DNA of 64,000 bases from Octopus vulgaris (taxonomy: Eukaryota), in NCBI GenBank assembly GCA_951406725.2, contig OX597841.1, positions 18,848,001-18,912,000 on the forward strand, read 5' to 3'. The position numbers were made by a program, and so were the translations under genes. The notes beneath the pieces are model-generated. The model saw nothing but the letters and a program-made list of their open reading frames with translations. It was not told where the DNA came from and did no database searches. Below are positions 48,394-62,993 of this stretch, piece by piece (position 1 is the first letter of the stretch; each line of letters begins with the position of its first letter).

Positions 48394-48697
48394 ATGAGGT
48401 AATCAGATTGGATGGTTCATATTTATAGATATTTATTTATATATTACATTTTTTACATATATATCTATCATATCATTCAGATCATATCATTCGGATTATT
48501 AGCGCTTTCTCCCAATCCAGTGGGGTTTTCAATTGAAAACCCCACTGGATTGGGAGAAAGCGCTAATAATCCGAATGATATGATAGATATATATGTAAAA
48601 AATGTAATATATAAATAAATATCTATAAATATGAACCATCCAATCTGATTACCTCATTTTCTCTAATATATAATACCTGTACATCATCTCCAAACCT

Positions 48698-48789
<92 letters not shown>

Positions 48790-51700
48790 AAATAAGCAAC
48801 AAGGATACCCAGAGGTAATGCAGTACGATCGTTTCATGCGACTCTATTTAATTGAACAATGCAATCATTGCATCAATTTTAAAATGCAGAGCAATCCTCA
48901 GCTGCATAAAAGTATAGAATTTAGTTAAATTCGTAAGACTCGTGTGTATAATTTTATCCAAAATCTCCAAAAGGATAAGGAGATAGACAAAGAACATGTT
49001 TTTCCAACATCACAGTTGAAATATTTTTATGCAGCTGAAGATTGCTCTACATTTTAAGTTGATGTAATACTTGCATTGTTCAATTAAATGGAGTCGCATG
49101 AAACGATCGTACTGCATTACCTCTGGATATCCTTGTTGCTTATTTTGATTATAATAATCTTATTTTAAATTATATGGATAATACCCTACTAAATTTTGCT
49201 GCCTTCAACTTAAGTACCATATTCATCTGAATCTATATATATATATATATATACACATCATCATCTTCATTCCACTTTCCATACTGACATGAGTTGATAT
49301 ATATATTTAAATGCATATATGTATATCTTTGTTGGTGAAGGCTTGTTGGCTGCTATGAGAATTTGACTGGTGCTTCCACTAGCTTTGGCACGGTGCAAAT
49401 GACTGGAGGAGTTTCTGAATACATACTTTTCGAAAACGACGATCCTGCGGAAATATTCGAGCTGTTATCAAGGATGCAAGACATGAACTCGATGTTTTCG
49501 TGTGCCATTGTAAGTATTCGTCTCTGTCGGTTTTTGTTTGTGTGTGTACACATAGATTCATATATCGCCGTGATCACCGTCACCGTGACCGATCAGCCTA
49601 TCAGATGTTGCTACACATCGCTGGTCACAATGCGCTTCGTATTGTTTTAGCCTTCAAATGATGCCACCCCCACTGGCTAAGCGAGCAGGCCAACAGAAGA
49701 AAGAGTGAGAGAAAGTTGTGGCGAAAGTGTACAGCAGGGATCGCCACCACCCCCTGCTGGAGCCTCGTGGAGCTTTTAGGTGTTTTCGCTCAATAAACAC
49801 TCACAACGCTCGGTCTGGGAATCGAAACCACGACCCTACGACCGCGAGTCTGCTGCCCTAACCACTGGGCCATTGTACCTCCACAGATTCATATATATAC
49901 ACATGTATATAATTTACAAAATGAGGGCAGAAGAAAAATTCTAATGCTAAATATGCCGAAAAAAAGACAAAAATTGTCAATAACCATTATAATTTATGCG
50001 TCTCGAAAATTATAAATTATAATGGTTATTGACAATTTTTGTCTTTTTTTCAGCATATTTGGCATCAGAATTTTTCTTCTGCCCTCATTTTGTAAATTAT
50101 TTATGAATTTAACCTTTAGAGGTATTTTTTTGATATGCTGGCCATTGATAAAAATTTTTCCCGAAAAAAATTTTTATCCTACATTAGTTATACACATGTA
50201 TATATATATATATATATAACTCCAAGAAAGTTAGGGGTTGTGAATCCAACCAAGGGATAATATCCATCCAATATACTGTTGGTAGAATACCCAATTATTA
50301 AAACACAAGTGTTTTTTTATTGCATTGCAATTAACTCATTTATTGTATTAGATGGGTGAAGGTAAAGAGATATCTTACCATTAATTTATATTGCAGCTAA
50401 TTAGAAAATATCTGTTCGTAATGAAAGCATTAACTATACTGAGAAGTAATGTTTATCGCCCCTCCAACATAGCTGTTCCATAACAACCAATGTCACTACC
50501 ATTTTAACACCAGAGGGATGCCTCATCCAGATGCAGACTGCACCCCTGATATATATTGCAAGCAGGGGAGATAACCTCTACCATCTTTCAGCAATGATGG
50601 TGTATATATATATATTGCTGGGAGATGGTAGAGAGCGCTTCGAGGTGATCGGAGAACAAGTCTGGCATATGTACGGAAAGCTCGTAGGGAAGACCATTCA
50701 AATGGGGTAACTTGTGCCTCGTGTAGCCCACAAGGGCATTCGACTCAGTGTTCAACGTTACCGGCCACCTCTCGGAAGCAGTGGAGGCCTTCGACCCCTT
50801 GCACATTTTATAAGTTTAGGGCAGAAAGCTCGCAAATGGACAACTCCGCAAACGAAACAATGCGGCCTTCTGCCCTCAGTCATTATGTGCAATACCGTCC
50901 CCTTTTGGGGACGGATGTGGTCCGGGATTCTTTTGAAGTTTTCGGGTTTGATCTGGCTGAGTATCTCCAGATCCATTCCGGACCAATCCTCCCTGGCAGT
51001 TTTTGTCAAAATTATTGAGACGTTATCTGACCCTTGCTCGATTACGCATCCTAGAAGCCACCATATGTCAAGTCCTGGTGGACACCCGCTATTTTTTTTC
51101 TCATAGGTGATGGGTACATAACGACCTTGCTGGTTTTGCAAGGGGTCATTGAGTGCCTCATAGCGAGGGCTTCTGACTTAAAACGCAGCGAAATGGTGCC
51201 GAATTTGTCCTACCCTCACTGTGTACTCAGTATCATCCCTGATACATCTCAGCACAGCTTCAATATCTGCCTTTGCTGTTTTTGCTGGGTTTCTTTGTTT
51301 CTGTTGAAATGCATTTGAAAGGAACAGTTTTTTTTTTCTCCACTGTTTCAGTTGCCACTTTTGGTATGGTTATGTTGGCCCACGTTCGTTTATGCTTGAC
51401 GAGCATCCATGCCCGAAAGGTCGGCTGGAGGTGGCGAATGCAGACATCGCTTCTGTCATCTACTACAGTTTGACCGCCGTCCCTTGCCCCCATTTGCGCC
51501 TCGCCAAGTTGGAGCACCCCCTCTTCAAATTCTTGTAGAGAAGACAGGTTCCATTGCTGAGGTCACTCATCAGCTGCCAACACTCTCTACGCAGAGGGAT
51601 GGGCATGCCGTGGCTAATGATGCGCAGACATGCACTAAGGCTGGGGCATCTCCAGATATTCTGCCTAAATGGTGAATAGGTGTGGTCACCGTTTGTCAAA

Positions 51701-52682
51701 CAAGCCTCCCCCAGCTCGTCTTCTTGACTGAGCTGCAGTCCTCGGTCAAGAAAAGACTGAGACATCTAGAAAGTTGCCAGGCACTCACTGCCCTCTAGCA
51801 GTCGGGAAATATGACCAGTAGAACATCTACTCTTGCGTTCTATATAGGGTTAGTGGGGGGAAAGAGCGATGACGCACTCGGAGAGGCACTGGGCGTCAAC
51901 AAAGTCGAACTGACCAGTCTGCTCAGGAGGACTTTTGAGCCAGGGACGATGGATAACTTCCAGAAATCCCTAGCTTGGCAGTGCTACTACCGGAGGGCAC
52001 TGCTGGTTCGAAATAAACTCGATAGACACGGAAATGCTGTCAGATGGACCTACCCAAGATCGACAAAACCGTTCTGCATGCATTCGTCCAGTGTCCTTGT
52101 TTTACTGACTTGCAGAGTTATGTTGAACAGCTGTCATCACTTGCTATCAGACGACTTCATAGGGAAGGGCTGGCAATTTTCCTCTGTCTGATAGCGGTAG
52201 CAAAAGTAGTCGTATGGTGAACCAGGTTGAAAAGACTGAAGGCAAACACTTTTTTCTTCGACCAATTCCTCATCAACTTTTTGCAGATTTCACTTAGAAA
52301 GGAAGATGAGGGTAGAGAAAGATGTACATTTGCTAAAAGGTGGCTGAATATAGCGAAATGGCCCGTGTGAATGGACCTACCCTGATAAGGCACCTGTAGG
52401 CTAGCAAATTTAAGAGGGAGATGGGTGCCCTTCCCAGATGCCCTCAAAGCGTCAAGTGGTTGAGGATTGGTGGAGTACCTGAGCCAACCCCATGTGGTTA
52501 CCCCCCACATCCTTTTGGGGGGATTTTCATTGTTATATTTTTCTTGTTTGATATTATTGCTATTGTTTTAATTGTGTGTTTGTTGTTTTGTGTAAAATCT
52601 CCACTGTGCATGTCTACTGTATTGTCCCCTAAATGTCGGCCCTGGTGGCCAATAAATGAAATAATAATAAGAATAGTTGTTG

Positions 52683-52731
<49 letters not shown>

Positions 52732-53322
52732 TATTATAATTATCATTATCATTATTATTATCATTATTATTATTATTATTGAGTGAGAGAGCAGTGCATG
52801 CCATCAAAGTGACACTGGGGTAAAATATACGAAGCCCAATATACCCATCATGACTGCCCGTCTGATAAGGGTACACCAGGCACATGCATCACAACTATAT
52901 GTGCGCGACATGGTGATCTCATATCAAGATAAACAGCACATGACCTTGCAGGTGGGGCCCAGTTAGAATTTTCTTCAGGTTGAGTAGCCCATCCCGCTCA
53001 AAAGGTCCCTGAATAAGGGTTGTTTAAGGATGTTGAAAGAACCACCCATGTTTCCAGAGGTGAACTATTCAAACCCCAAAGAATCCCTCTCAACACATGG
53101 CTATGATGCTCCCCCACTACTTCTGCTCGTGATCAGAGATGCACATATTGTCAGCCACTAAGGGACATGGTCAACTGGTTAAGGTCAAACAACTGACAAG
53201 CAAATCTGGTATTGAGCAGAATATTTGCTGTAGCCCATCTTTTATAACAAAACAATGTACATAACACTTCCAATCAGTTAAGATCAGAAGCCATGAGAGA
53301 CTGCCTGGTACTGCATCGGGGC

Positions 53323-53401
<79 letters not shown>

Positions 53402-54874
53402 TAGTCTTATTTTTATATCGTGCTTTCACTTCATTACCGAGCACAGCTCTGTGTGCCTTGGGTATGTGTTGTGGTTTGTTGTGATTCTCTTATTTTCACT
53501 GTATTGAAAGTGTTTTATGTAGGATGTGTGCGTTATCTAATAGTGCAATTTTCTGTATGTTATATATATTTGTTAGTCCTGGTGTTTTTGTTATGTATTT
53601 GTCTGAATATTTTTTTATCATACCTAATGCACCTACTATGATAGGAATTGTTTCTGTTTTTAGACTCCACATTCGATTTACCACCATTTCCAGATCTTTG
53701 TATTTTGAAAGTTTCTCCATTATACTACTACTACTACTACAACAACAATTACTACTACTACTACTTTACTTCCTTTTATTTGTCTCATTCAGTTAGGTGC
53801 TGGAGAAACTACCGAAGGTGAAACAAAGGAAGGCCTCTTTACAATACATGCTTATTGCTTAATAAAACTTATGAAGGTAAGTTGTTAATCTTCTCACCTT
53901 TTCGCACCTTTCCTTTATCAATTTTAATCAGCAAACCACAAAACAAAACCAACAGAAGCAGAGCATGCGGCCCTTAAGGCTAAACCCAGTTTCTCAAAAT
54001 GGCTTCTCAAGGATCGTCTGTTTTATTTCGCCAACTTTTATCCAATGGCCTTTTCTTTCGTCTTTTATTTGTGTCAGTCACTGGAGGGCGGTCATGCTAC
54101 AGCACCACCTGGAAGAGTTTCTAGTCTAACGAATTGACCTCCAACCACAAATATATATTTATGTGTGCGTGCGCGCGCGCGCGTGTGTATAGAGAGAGAG
54201 GGAGGGAGAGAGACAGACAGACAGATAAATTGATAAATAGACAGATAGATATATTCATACACACCCATACACACATACCGTGCCTGAGAAAGGGGGTGGT
54301 GGTGATGTTGATCATGATGGTCAAGATGATGATGATGATGATGATGATAATGTTAGTGATGATGATTATGATGATGATTATGATGATGATGAGGATAATA
54401 ACGATCATGATGATGATGATGATGAGGATGTGTATAATTATGAAGGGATAACGACAATGATGATCATGAGGAGGAGGAGGAGGAGGAAGAGGAAGAGCAT
54501 GGGGGAAGAGGAGGAGGCGGAGGAGGTGGAGCGATGTCTGTATGTGTGCATGTGAGTACAGAGCACTCTGTCTGTTTGCAGGTTCAATACCAAGGAAAGG
54601 AGGTTGGCCTTGTTAAACTGAGAAATCCATGGGGCAAAAAGGAGTGGAATGGACCCTGGAGTGATTCGTAAGTAAAACATTCACAAACTGAATGCCAGGA
54701 ATATTCGACCAGGTTCACTTTCTCATGCATCGTACTCTCGCACACACCCTGTGTATACACACACACACACACACACATGTGTTTATGCATAAATGTGTTT
54801 ATGTGTACATATATATATATATATTGTTATTTCGGAATGGTCATATTGCCAGTTTAGCCAACAAATATTTAAAC

Positions 54875-54943
<69 letters not shown>

Positions 54944-55464
54944 ATAATTAAGGATAACCTCTTAATAAGGAATCTTAACAAGAAATTATCAGGTAGATAG
55001 CGTGAAAAACCTCATAAGAGAAAAATTTCGAAAATAATTCTTTCTTATTGAACATATTAATTTATATTATATAGAGGGCATTATTACATATAAATGCCTC
55101 ACGCTAAGAGGGACATAAGTCATTTCTACCAAAAATTTTACTAATCATACCCAATGCAATTTTTCAAAGCAAGACATTTAAAAAATGAATTTAGTCTTGT
55201 ATCACCTGTGATTTCGCACTCACCGCAGGTGATATAAGACTAAATTCATTTTTTAAATGTCTTGCTTTGAAAAATTGCATTGGGTATGATTAGTAAAATT
55301 TTTGGTAGAAATGACTTATGTCCCTCTTAGTGTGAGGCATTTATATGTAATAATGCCCTCTATATAATATAAATTAATATATATATATATATATACATAT
55401 GTGTGTATGTGCGTACATAAACACATACATAATACATACATACATACATACATACATACATACA

Positions 55465-55498
<34 letters not shown>

Positions 55499-55511
55499 CA
55501 TACATATATAC

Positions 55512-55551
<40 letters not shown>

Positions 55552-58392
55552 TAAATTAGAGATAAAACCACCATTAGGAAAATCAAACAATGAAAAACAT
55601 AAACCGAAACATAAAAATAAACATAATTAATAAAATATACAAAATATATAGAATATAAGATTTAAAATTTAAATTATTTAAATTTAAAATTTTTTATTTA
55701 TATTTATAAATTTTTCTATTTTTTAAATTTTAAATTAATAAATTTATATACATATATATCCATATATATATATGTATATAAAAATTCAGATTACGATATA
55801 TGTAAACAAAGTTTGTTTTTAGAAGTGCTGAGATGTATTGAAAGATACAGGTAAGGAAATGATATATTTCCAAACGCAGAATAATTCGTGAGTAGGCAAT
55901 TTAGCATAACGGTAAAGCACGTGACCGGAAATCACAGATAAGTTCGAGTCTCATGTTTGGCCGCTGACAAACTTTTCTGCAAAATATGGATACATTTTGT
56001 AACATGAAATTCGTCACACTATTTTTATTTTCATTTCATTTCATCTAGTTTCAGCTCACGAGCTGTGGCCATGCTGGGGCACCGCCATTTGGTGTTGCTA
56101 CATGATTTTACTTCACGAATGGTTTTTAGCAATTGTCATTTGGTGCATGAGAGAGTTCGATGCAGCTGCCCTCATCTGCACCTCCTGCCGTGAAGTTGGT
56201 TCATCTGGGACACCTGACAGGAAGAGATCCAGTTTTATTTTAAAGACATCTGCATCCACCCCATGCAGGTCTCTCAGGTTCTTCGGGGGGATATTGAAGA
56301 GCTGTGGGTCTCTGAAGCCCAGGCTATCACAGTATCTTGTCCTACACCTTGATGGCAAATTTGGAGTCCTTGGCACTCTGCAGTGGTGCCCAGTTCTGGC
56401 ATTTGTGTAACTATATTTCAACAATACGAAAATGTTATTCATTGAAGTAAGCACCATTACAATCAACACATTTCTGCCAACGAGTTACAAGTTTGTTTAT
56501 TCCAGTAACATAATAATATAGAGTTCTGGGCTTGATGAACTTTTTGAATGCATTTTCAGCATCGGTTTCTCCTCCCACAGGAAACCATCAAAGTGCTTCA
56601 AAAAGTGGTAGTTGGTAGGAGAAAAGTCTGTGGAATAAGCTGGGTGAAGAAGAACTTCGTAGCCAAGTTCCCTCAACTGCTGGGGCATCATTAGCGAAAC
56701 ATGTGGTCAAACATTGTAATGAAGAATGATTGGCCTTATTCTGTTGACCAGTCTGGAATGGAGGAGTAGCAGTTTTTCATTCATTTTGGCAATTTCATAG
56801 CCATCATCATCATCATCTTCATTGTTCGACCGTGGTCGAGACAATGGAATTTACCATGCTACGCCAGACTTCACGGTCCATCATAGCATTACGGAGATCC
56901 TGTTGCTGGATGCCTGTATCCCTGGAGATTACATCAGGGTAGGAGAGTGTGCACCCTCTGGTATTGCGAGTAGATGGCTTCCAGAGGAGAAAAGTAGAAA
57001 TTGCCTCCTTTTTCAGCTCTACAACAATGTCCAGCAAACTGGACTCTCCTACCTTCCACAAGAGATGACACAGGTGGTAATTTCCCATATATTTGCATTT
57101 TGTTTGGATGACGCTTCCACGAGAGATTTTGAGTTCTCATAAGGAGGCAAGTGTAGGTTCCATCCAACCGCCTCTCAAGCTTCTTTGATAACGTCCAGGT
57201 TTCTGAGCCATATAGTAGAATTGGTTCTGTGGCTTTGAAGATTTTAAGTTTGAAGTCTCTACTTAGATTTGATGACCAGATCTTATGCATGTCATTACAG
57301 GCTGACCAGGCCATACCCTTTATAATTAGAAAATCTCTTTCAGATGATGAAGTTCCATCCAACCGCCTCTCAAGTTTCTTAGATAACGTCCAGGTTTCTG
57401 AGCCATAGAGTAGAATTGGTTCGACTGTGGCTTTGAAGATTTTAAGTTTGAAGTCTCTACTTAGATTTGATGACCAGATCTTATGCATGTCATTACAGGC
57501 CATATGTCATTCATGGCCATATATTTCTGTCGTAATGGTTTTCCTGGTTTTAAGAAGTTATAGGGAATGAGTGCAGCAGTACACCACCAAACAGACACCA
57601 TAAGCATCTTTGGGAAGACCTCAGGCTTAGGGAAGGTTTTACATGCTTCTTTTTAGCCCAACCCTGCAAAGAACTTTTTATTATTATTATTGTACAGAAT
57701 CTACGTTCATCGCAAGTTACAATATGGTCGAGAAATGGATTAACTGGTTACGGAGAAGAAGCGACGAGCTAAGTTCATATTGGCACATTTTCTGATTTTA
57801 ATTCAAATCGTGTGGTACCCATTTGTTGAGCTTTTTTGATTTTCTGATCGCATACAAATGGTTGCTAACTGTTTTCTGGCTAACCTGAAATTCCTTCGCC
57901 AGTTCTCGAGTGGTCTTACGTGGATCTCTCTTAATGTCCATCATCAATGACAAATGGGCATCCACTATGCTCACGATCAGGTCTCCGCTGTGAAATCATT
58001 TAAACCATTTTCAAGTTAACCACTCACTGCTCATTTCCTCACCAAACATTTCATTGATATCGCGATGTCGTTTTTTGAAGCTGAATAGCAAAATTGCTCG
58101 AATATCGCTCTTTGACAGTTCCATTTCAGATGATGGCAAGAATGGTGAAAAAAAATCAATGTTAATTTATTGATGCAATTAGGCTAGTCTATGTCTGTAT
58201 TATCCGACCAAAGGAAAAAATGTTTCAAAAATATTCAAAACTCTACAAAAATCCGGTACAAATTCTTCCTGGTTCAAAACGTTGCTTACTTTTTACTCAA
58301 CCTGATACATACATACATACATACATACATACATACATACATACATACATACACACATACATACACACATACATACACACATACATATATAT

Positions 58393-58423
<31 letters not shown>

Positions 58424-59398
58424 CATACATACATACATACATACACACATACACACATACATACATACATACATACATACATACATACATACATACATAC
58501 ATACATACATACATACATACATACATACATACATACAAACACACACACATACATACATACATACATACATACATACATACACACACATACATACATACAT
58601 ACATACACACACACATACATACATAAATACATACATACATACATACATACACACATACATACACACATACATACACACATACATATATGCATACATACAT
58701 ACATACATACACACACATACACACACACACACATACATACATACATACGTACATACATACATACATACACACATACATACATACATACATACATACACAC
58801 ATACATACATACATACATACATACATACATACATAAATACATACATACATACACACATACATACATACATGCATACATACATACACACGTACATACATAC
58901 ATACATACTTACGTACATACATACATACGTAAATACATACATACACACATACACACATACATACACACATACATACATACATACACACATACATACATAC
59001 ATACTTACGTACATACATACATACACACATACATACATACATACATACATACATACTTACGTACATACATACATACATACACACATACATACATACATAC
59101 ATATTTACATACGTAAATACTTACATACACACATACACACATACATACACACATACATACACATATACATACACACATACATACATAGATACATACATAC
59201 ATACATGTATACATACACACATACATACATACATACACACATACACACATACATACACACATACATACATACATACATACACACACACATACATACATAC
59301 ATACATACATACATACATACATACATACATACATACATACATACATACATACATACATACATACATACATACATACATACATACATACATACATACAT

Positions 59399-59429
<31 letters not shown>

Positions 59430-59501
59430 TACTCATATATATATATTGAGGCTTTTGAATTGTTTTAACTCTTATTTTTAGCAAAAGCGGTGCTAATCAA
59501 T

Positions 59502-59549
<48 letters not shown>

Positions 59550-59981
59550 TGGGACGTGGCTACGATATTTCCGAGCCGGATTGTGCATTGTGTTCTTGAG
59601 CAAGACACTTTATTCCACATAGCTCCAGTTCCCTCAGCGGTAGAAACGAGTTGGGACGTCACTGGTGCCAAGCTGTATCGGCCCCTTTCCCTTGGATAAC
59701 TCTCTAGATGGAATCTCATGGTCATTCATGACCAAAGGGGGATCTTATGTGCGTGTGTGTATGTATGTGTTTGTAGATACATACACACACACACATATAC
59801 TCTTTACTCTTTACACACACACGACAGGCTTCTTTCAGTTTCCGTCTTCCAAATCCACTCACAAGGCATTGGTCAGCCCGGGGCTATAGCAGAAGACACT
59901 TGCCCAAAATGCCACGCCGTGGGACTGAACCCGGAACCATGTGGTTGGTTAGCAAGCCACTTACCACACAGCCACTCCTGC

Positions 59982-60045
<64 letters not shown>

Positions 60046-61815
60046 GAACAAACTTACTTAGAAGTGGATGCGTGCGTTCCGTCATATAATAACAAATTAA
60101 TAAATAAAATACATGCGTATATACATACATATATGCACGTACCTACCTCTACATGTATATATACGAGGGACGTTCAATAAGTAATGCCTCTGACCCACTT
60201 GCAGTTGTTTGATATAGCTGAAATTTTGCATGTGCAATCATTTATATCTCTATAGAGTAAGTGGCACTGAATTAATTGTGGTTTCTGATTTACAGGTGTT
60301 TGAACCGAGTCAAGTGTTAAATGGAGCCTGTTGAGTGTCGAGCAGTGATCCGGTTTTTGTATTTGAAAGGACGCACACCACGGGAGACTTTTGATCAAAT
60401 GAAAGTAACTTATGGTGATGATGCCCCATCATATGACCTTGTAAAACGCTGGCATCGTGAATTCAAACATGGTCGGAACTCTGTGGAAACAGCTCCCAGA
60501 TCTGGTCGCCCCCTTCTGCCATTGATGAGGCATCTGTCCGTCAAGTTGAGGCTGCCATTTTGGAAGATCGACGCATAACTATTCGCCAAATAGCCCATGA
60601 GGTTAAAGTTAGTACCGGGTCTGTGTAAACTATCATTCATGACCATTTGCATATGCAAAAGGTATCTGCCAGATGGATTCCCAGGTTGCTCACGCCTTTC
60701 CAGAAGCAAGAACGTGTCGAGTACTCGAGGGTGAATTTGGAGATGTGCCAAGAAGATGAATCAAAATTTTTCAAAAGACTGATTACACAGGATGAAACCT
60801 GGGTCCATCACGATGATCCAGAGACCAAAGCCCAGTCAATGCAGTGGAAGCACCGTGACTCACCCCCTCCAAAGAAGGCAAGGGTGCAGCCCTCCGCTGG
60901 CAAGGTCATGCTCACAGTCTTCTGGGACCAGGACGGAGTAGTGATGACAGATTTCCTGGCAAAGGGTACCACGATTGCAGGAGCCTATTATGCTTCACTT
61001 TTGAGGAAATTAAGAGAAGTTATCAAAATCAAGAGGCGGGGCAAGATCAGCAAAGGCATCCTCCTCCTGCAGGACAACGCTCCGGTTCACAACTCGCTTG
61101 TCGCCAGATCAGAAGCACAGGCGTATGGCTATGAACTCCTCCCCCATCCTCCTACTTTCCTGACCTTGCACCCTCTGATTTTCACCTCTTCGCAGTTATG
61201 AAGTTGTTTTTGAAAAGAAAGCGTTTCCCAGATGATGCAGCCTTGATTTCTGAAGTCGCGTTCAGGTTGGAGGACCAAGCTGGGGTCTTCTATAAAAACG
61301 GTCTCCAGAGCTGCATCAAACAATGGGAGAAATGCGTAACTCTGGGTGGTTCCTATGTAGAAAAAGACTAATAACTGTGCCAAGTTTCGTTACTCTACTG
61401 CTATGGGAAGTGGGTCAGGGGCATTACTTATTGAACGCCCCTCGTACATGCATATATGGGTACAGGACACCAAAAAGACGTCGAACACAATGAGAAACGA
61501 AAACATAGACACAAAACCAAGGAAATGGACATTTTTCTTGAATAACGAAAAAATAGAGTAAAGGACATACAAAACAAGGAAAATACCCCTTCTTCAGTCG
61601 CCATGGTTTCATCCACTCCGCGTTTACTCTATTTTTTCGTTGTTTAAGAAAAATGTCCATTTCCTTGGGTTTGTGTCTATGCTTTCGTTTCTCATTGTGT
61701 TCGACGTTTATTTTGGTGTCCTGTACCCATAAATGCATGTATATATACATGTAGAGGTAGGTACGTACATATATGTATGTATATATGCATATGTTTTATT
61801 TATTAATATGTTATT

Positions 61816-61876
<61 letters not shown>

Positions 61877-62140
61877 AATAGTAAAGGATTATAAATATTG
61901 TGTGTATCATTGAGTTTGTTCCCCCTTCCCCCAATCACCATTCGACAACCGAAGGGCTTCCTTTAGTTTCCCTCTGATAAATTCACAGGTATAATACAAG
62001 ACACTTGCCTTAGGTGGTACAGAGAGGAACTGAACCCAGAACCATGTGTTTGGAAAGCAAGCTTCTTACCACATGCCTTCATGTGCATATATATATATAT
62101 ACACACACACACACATATATTTATACATATATATATAAAC

Positions 62141-62210
<70 letters not shown>

Positions 62211-62612
62211 GTATGTATGCATGTAGGAGTGGCTGTGTGGTAAGAAGCTTGCTTACCAACCAGATGGTTCCAGGATCAGTCCCACTGTGTGGCACCTTGG
62301 GCAAGTGTCTTCTACGATAGCCTTGGGCCAATCAAAGTATTGTAAGTGGATTTAGTAAACGGAAACTGAGAGAATCCTGTCGTGTATATATATATATATA
62401 TATGTATGTATATATTTGTGTGTCTGTGTTTGTCTGCCCACCATCGCTTGACAACCGATGTTGGTGTGTTTATGTTCCCATAAATTAGCAGTTTGGCAAA
62501 AGACACCGATAAATGAAATTCTGGAGCCAATTTGTTCAATTGAAGATGGTGCTCCGGCATGGCCGCAGTCAAATGGCTGAAACAGATAAAAGAATAAATA
62601 AAAACATCGCAC

Positions 62613-62664
<52 letters not shown>

Positions 62665-62917
62665 GCACACACACACGTCAACGCACCCACAGATGCAGTT
62701 TAACTCACACCACTGCTCCTCCCCTTCTCTTTTTTTCCTCTTTGAAGATCTGAAGAATGGAACGGATTGAAAGAAGAAGAGAGAAAACGGATGAATCTGG
62801 AAGTGAAGGACGATGGAGAATTTTGGTAAGGATTGGCTTCGTTCTCTTGTTGTTGCTGTTGTTCGTGTTGACGTCGTTGCAGCAGCAGCAATGGTAGTAG
62901 TAGTAGTAGTAGTAGTG

Positions 62918-62993
<76 letters not shown>

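Noticed and set aside
54280-54555. Acidic D/E-rich ORF just upstream of calpain exon 7
   Set aside because: (GAT)n/(GAG)n simple repeats; exons 6 and 7 join in frame without it.
58191-59484. HTYI/MYVC-repeat ORFs (also at 40.8, 44.4, 34.1 and 29.7 kb)
   Set aside because: Artefacts of (TACA)n and (CA)n repeats.
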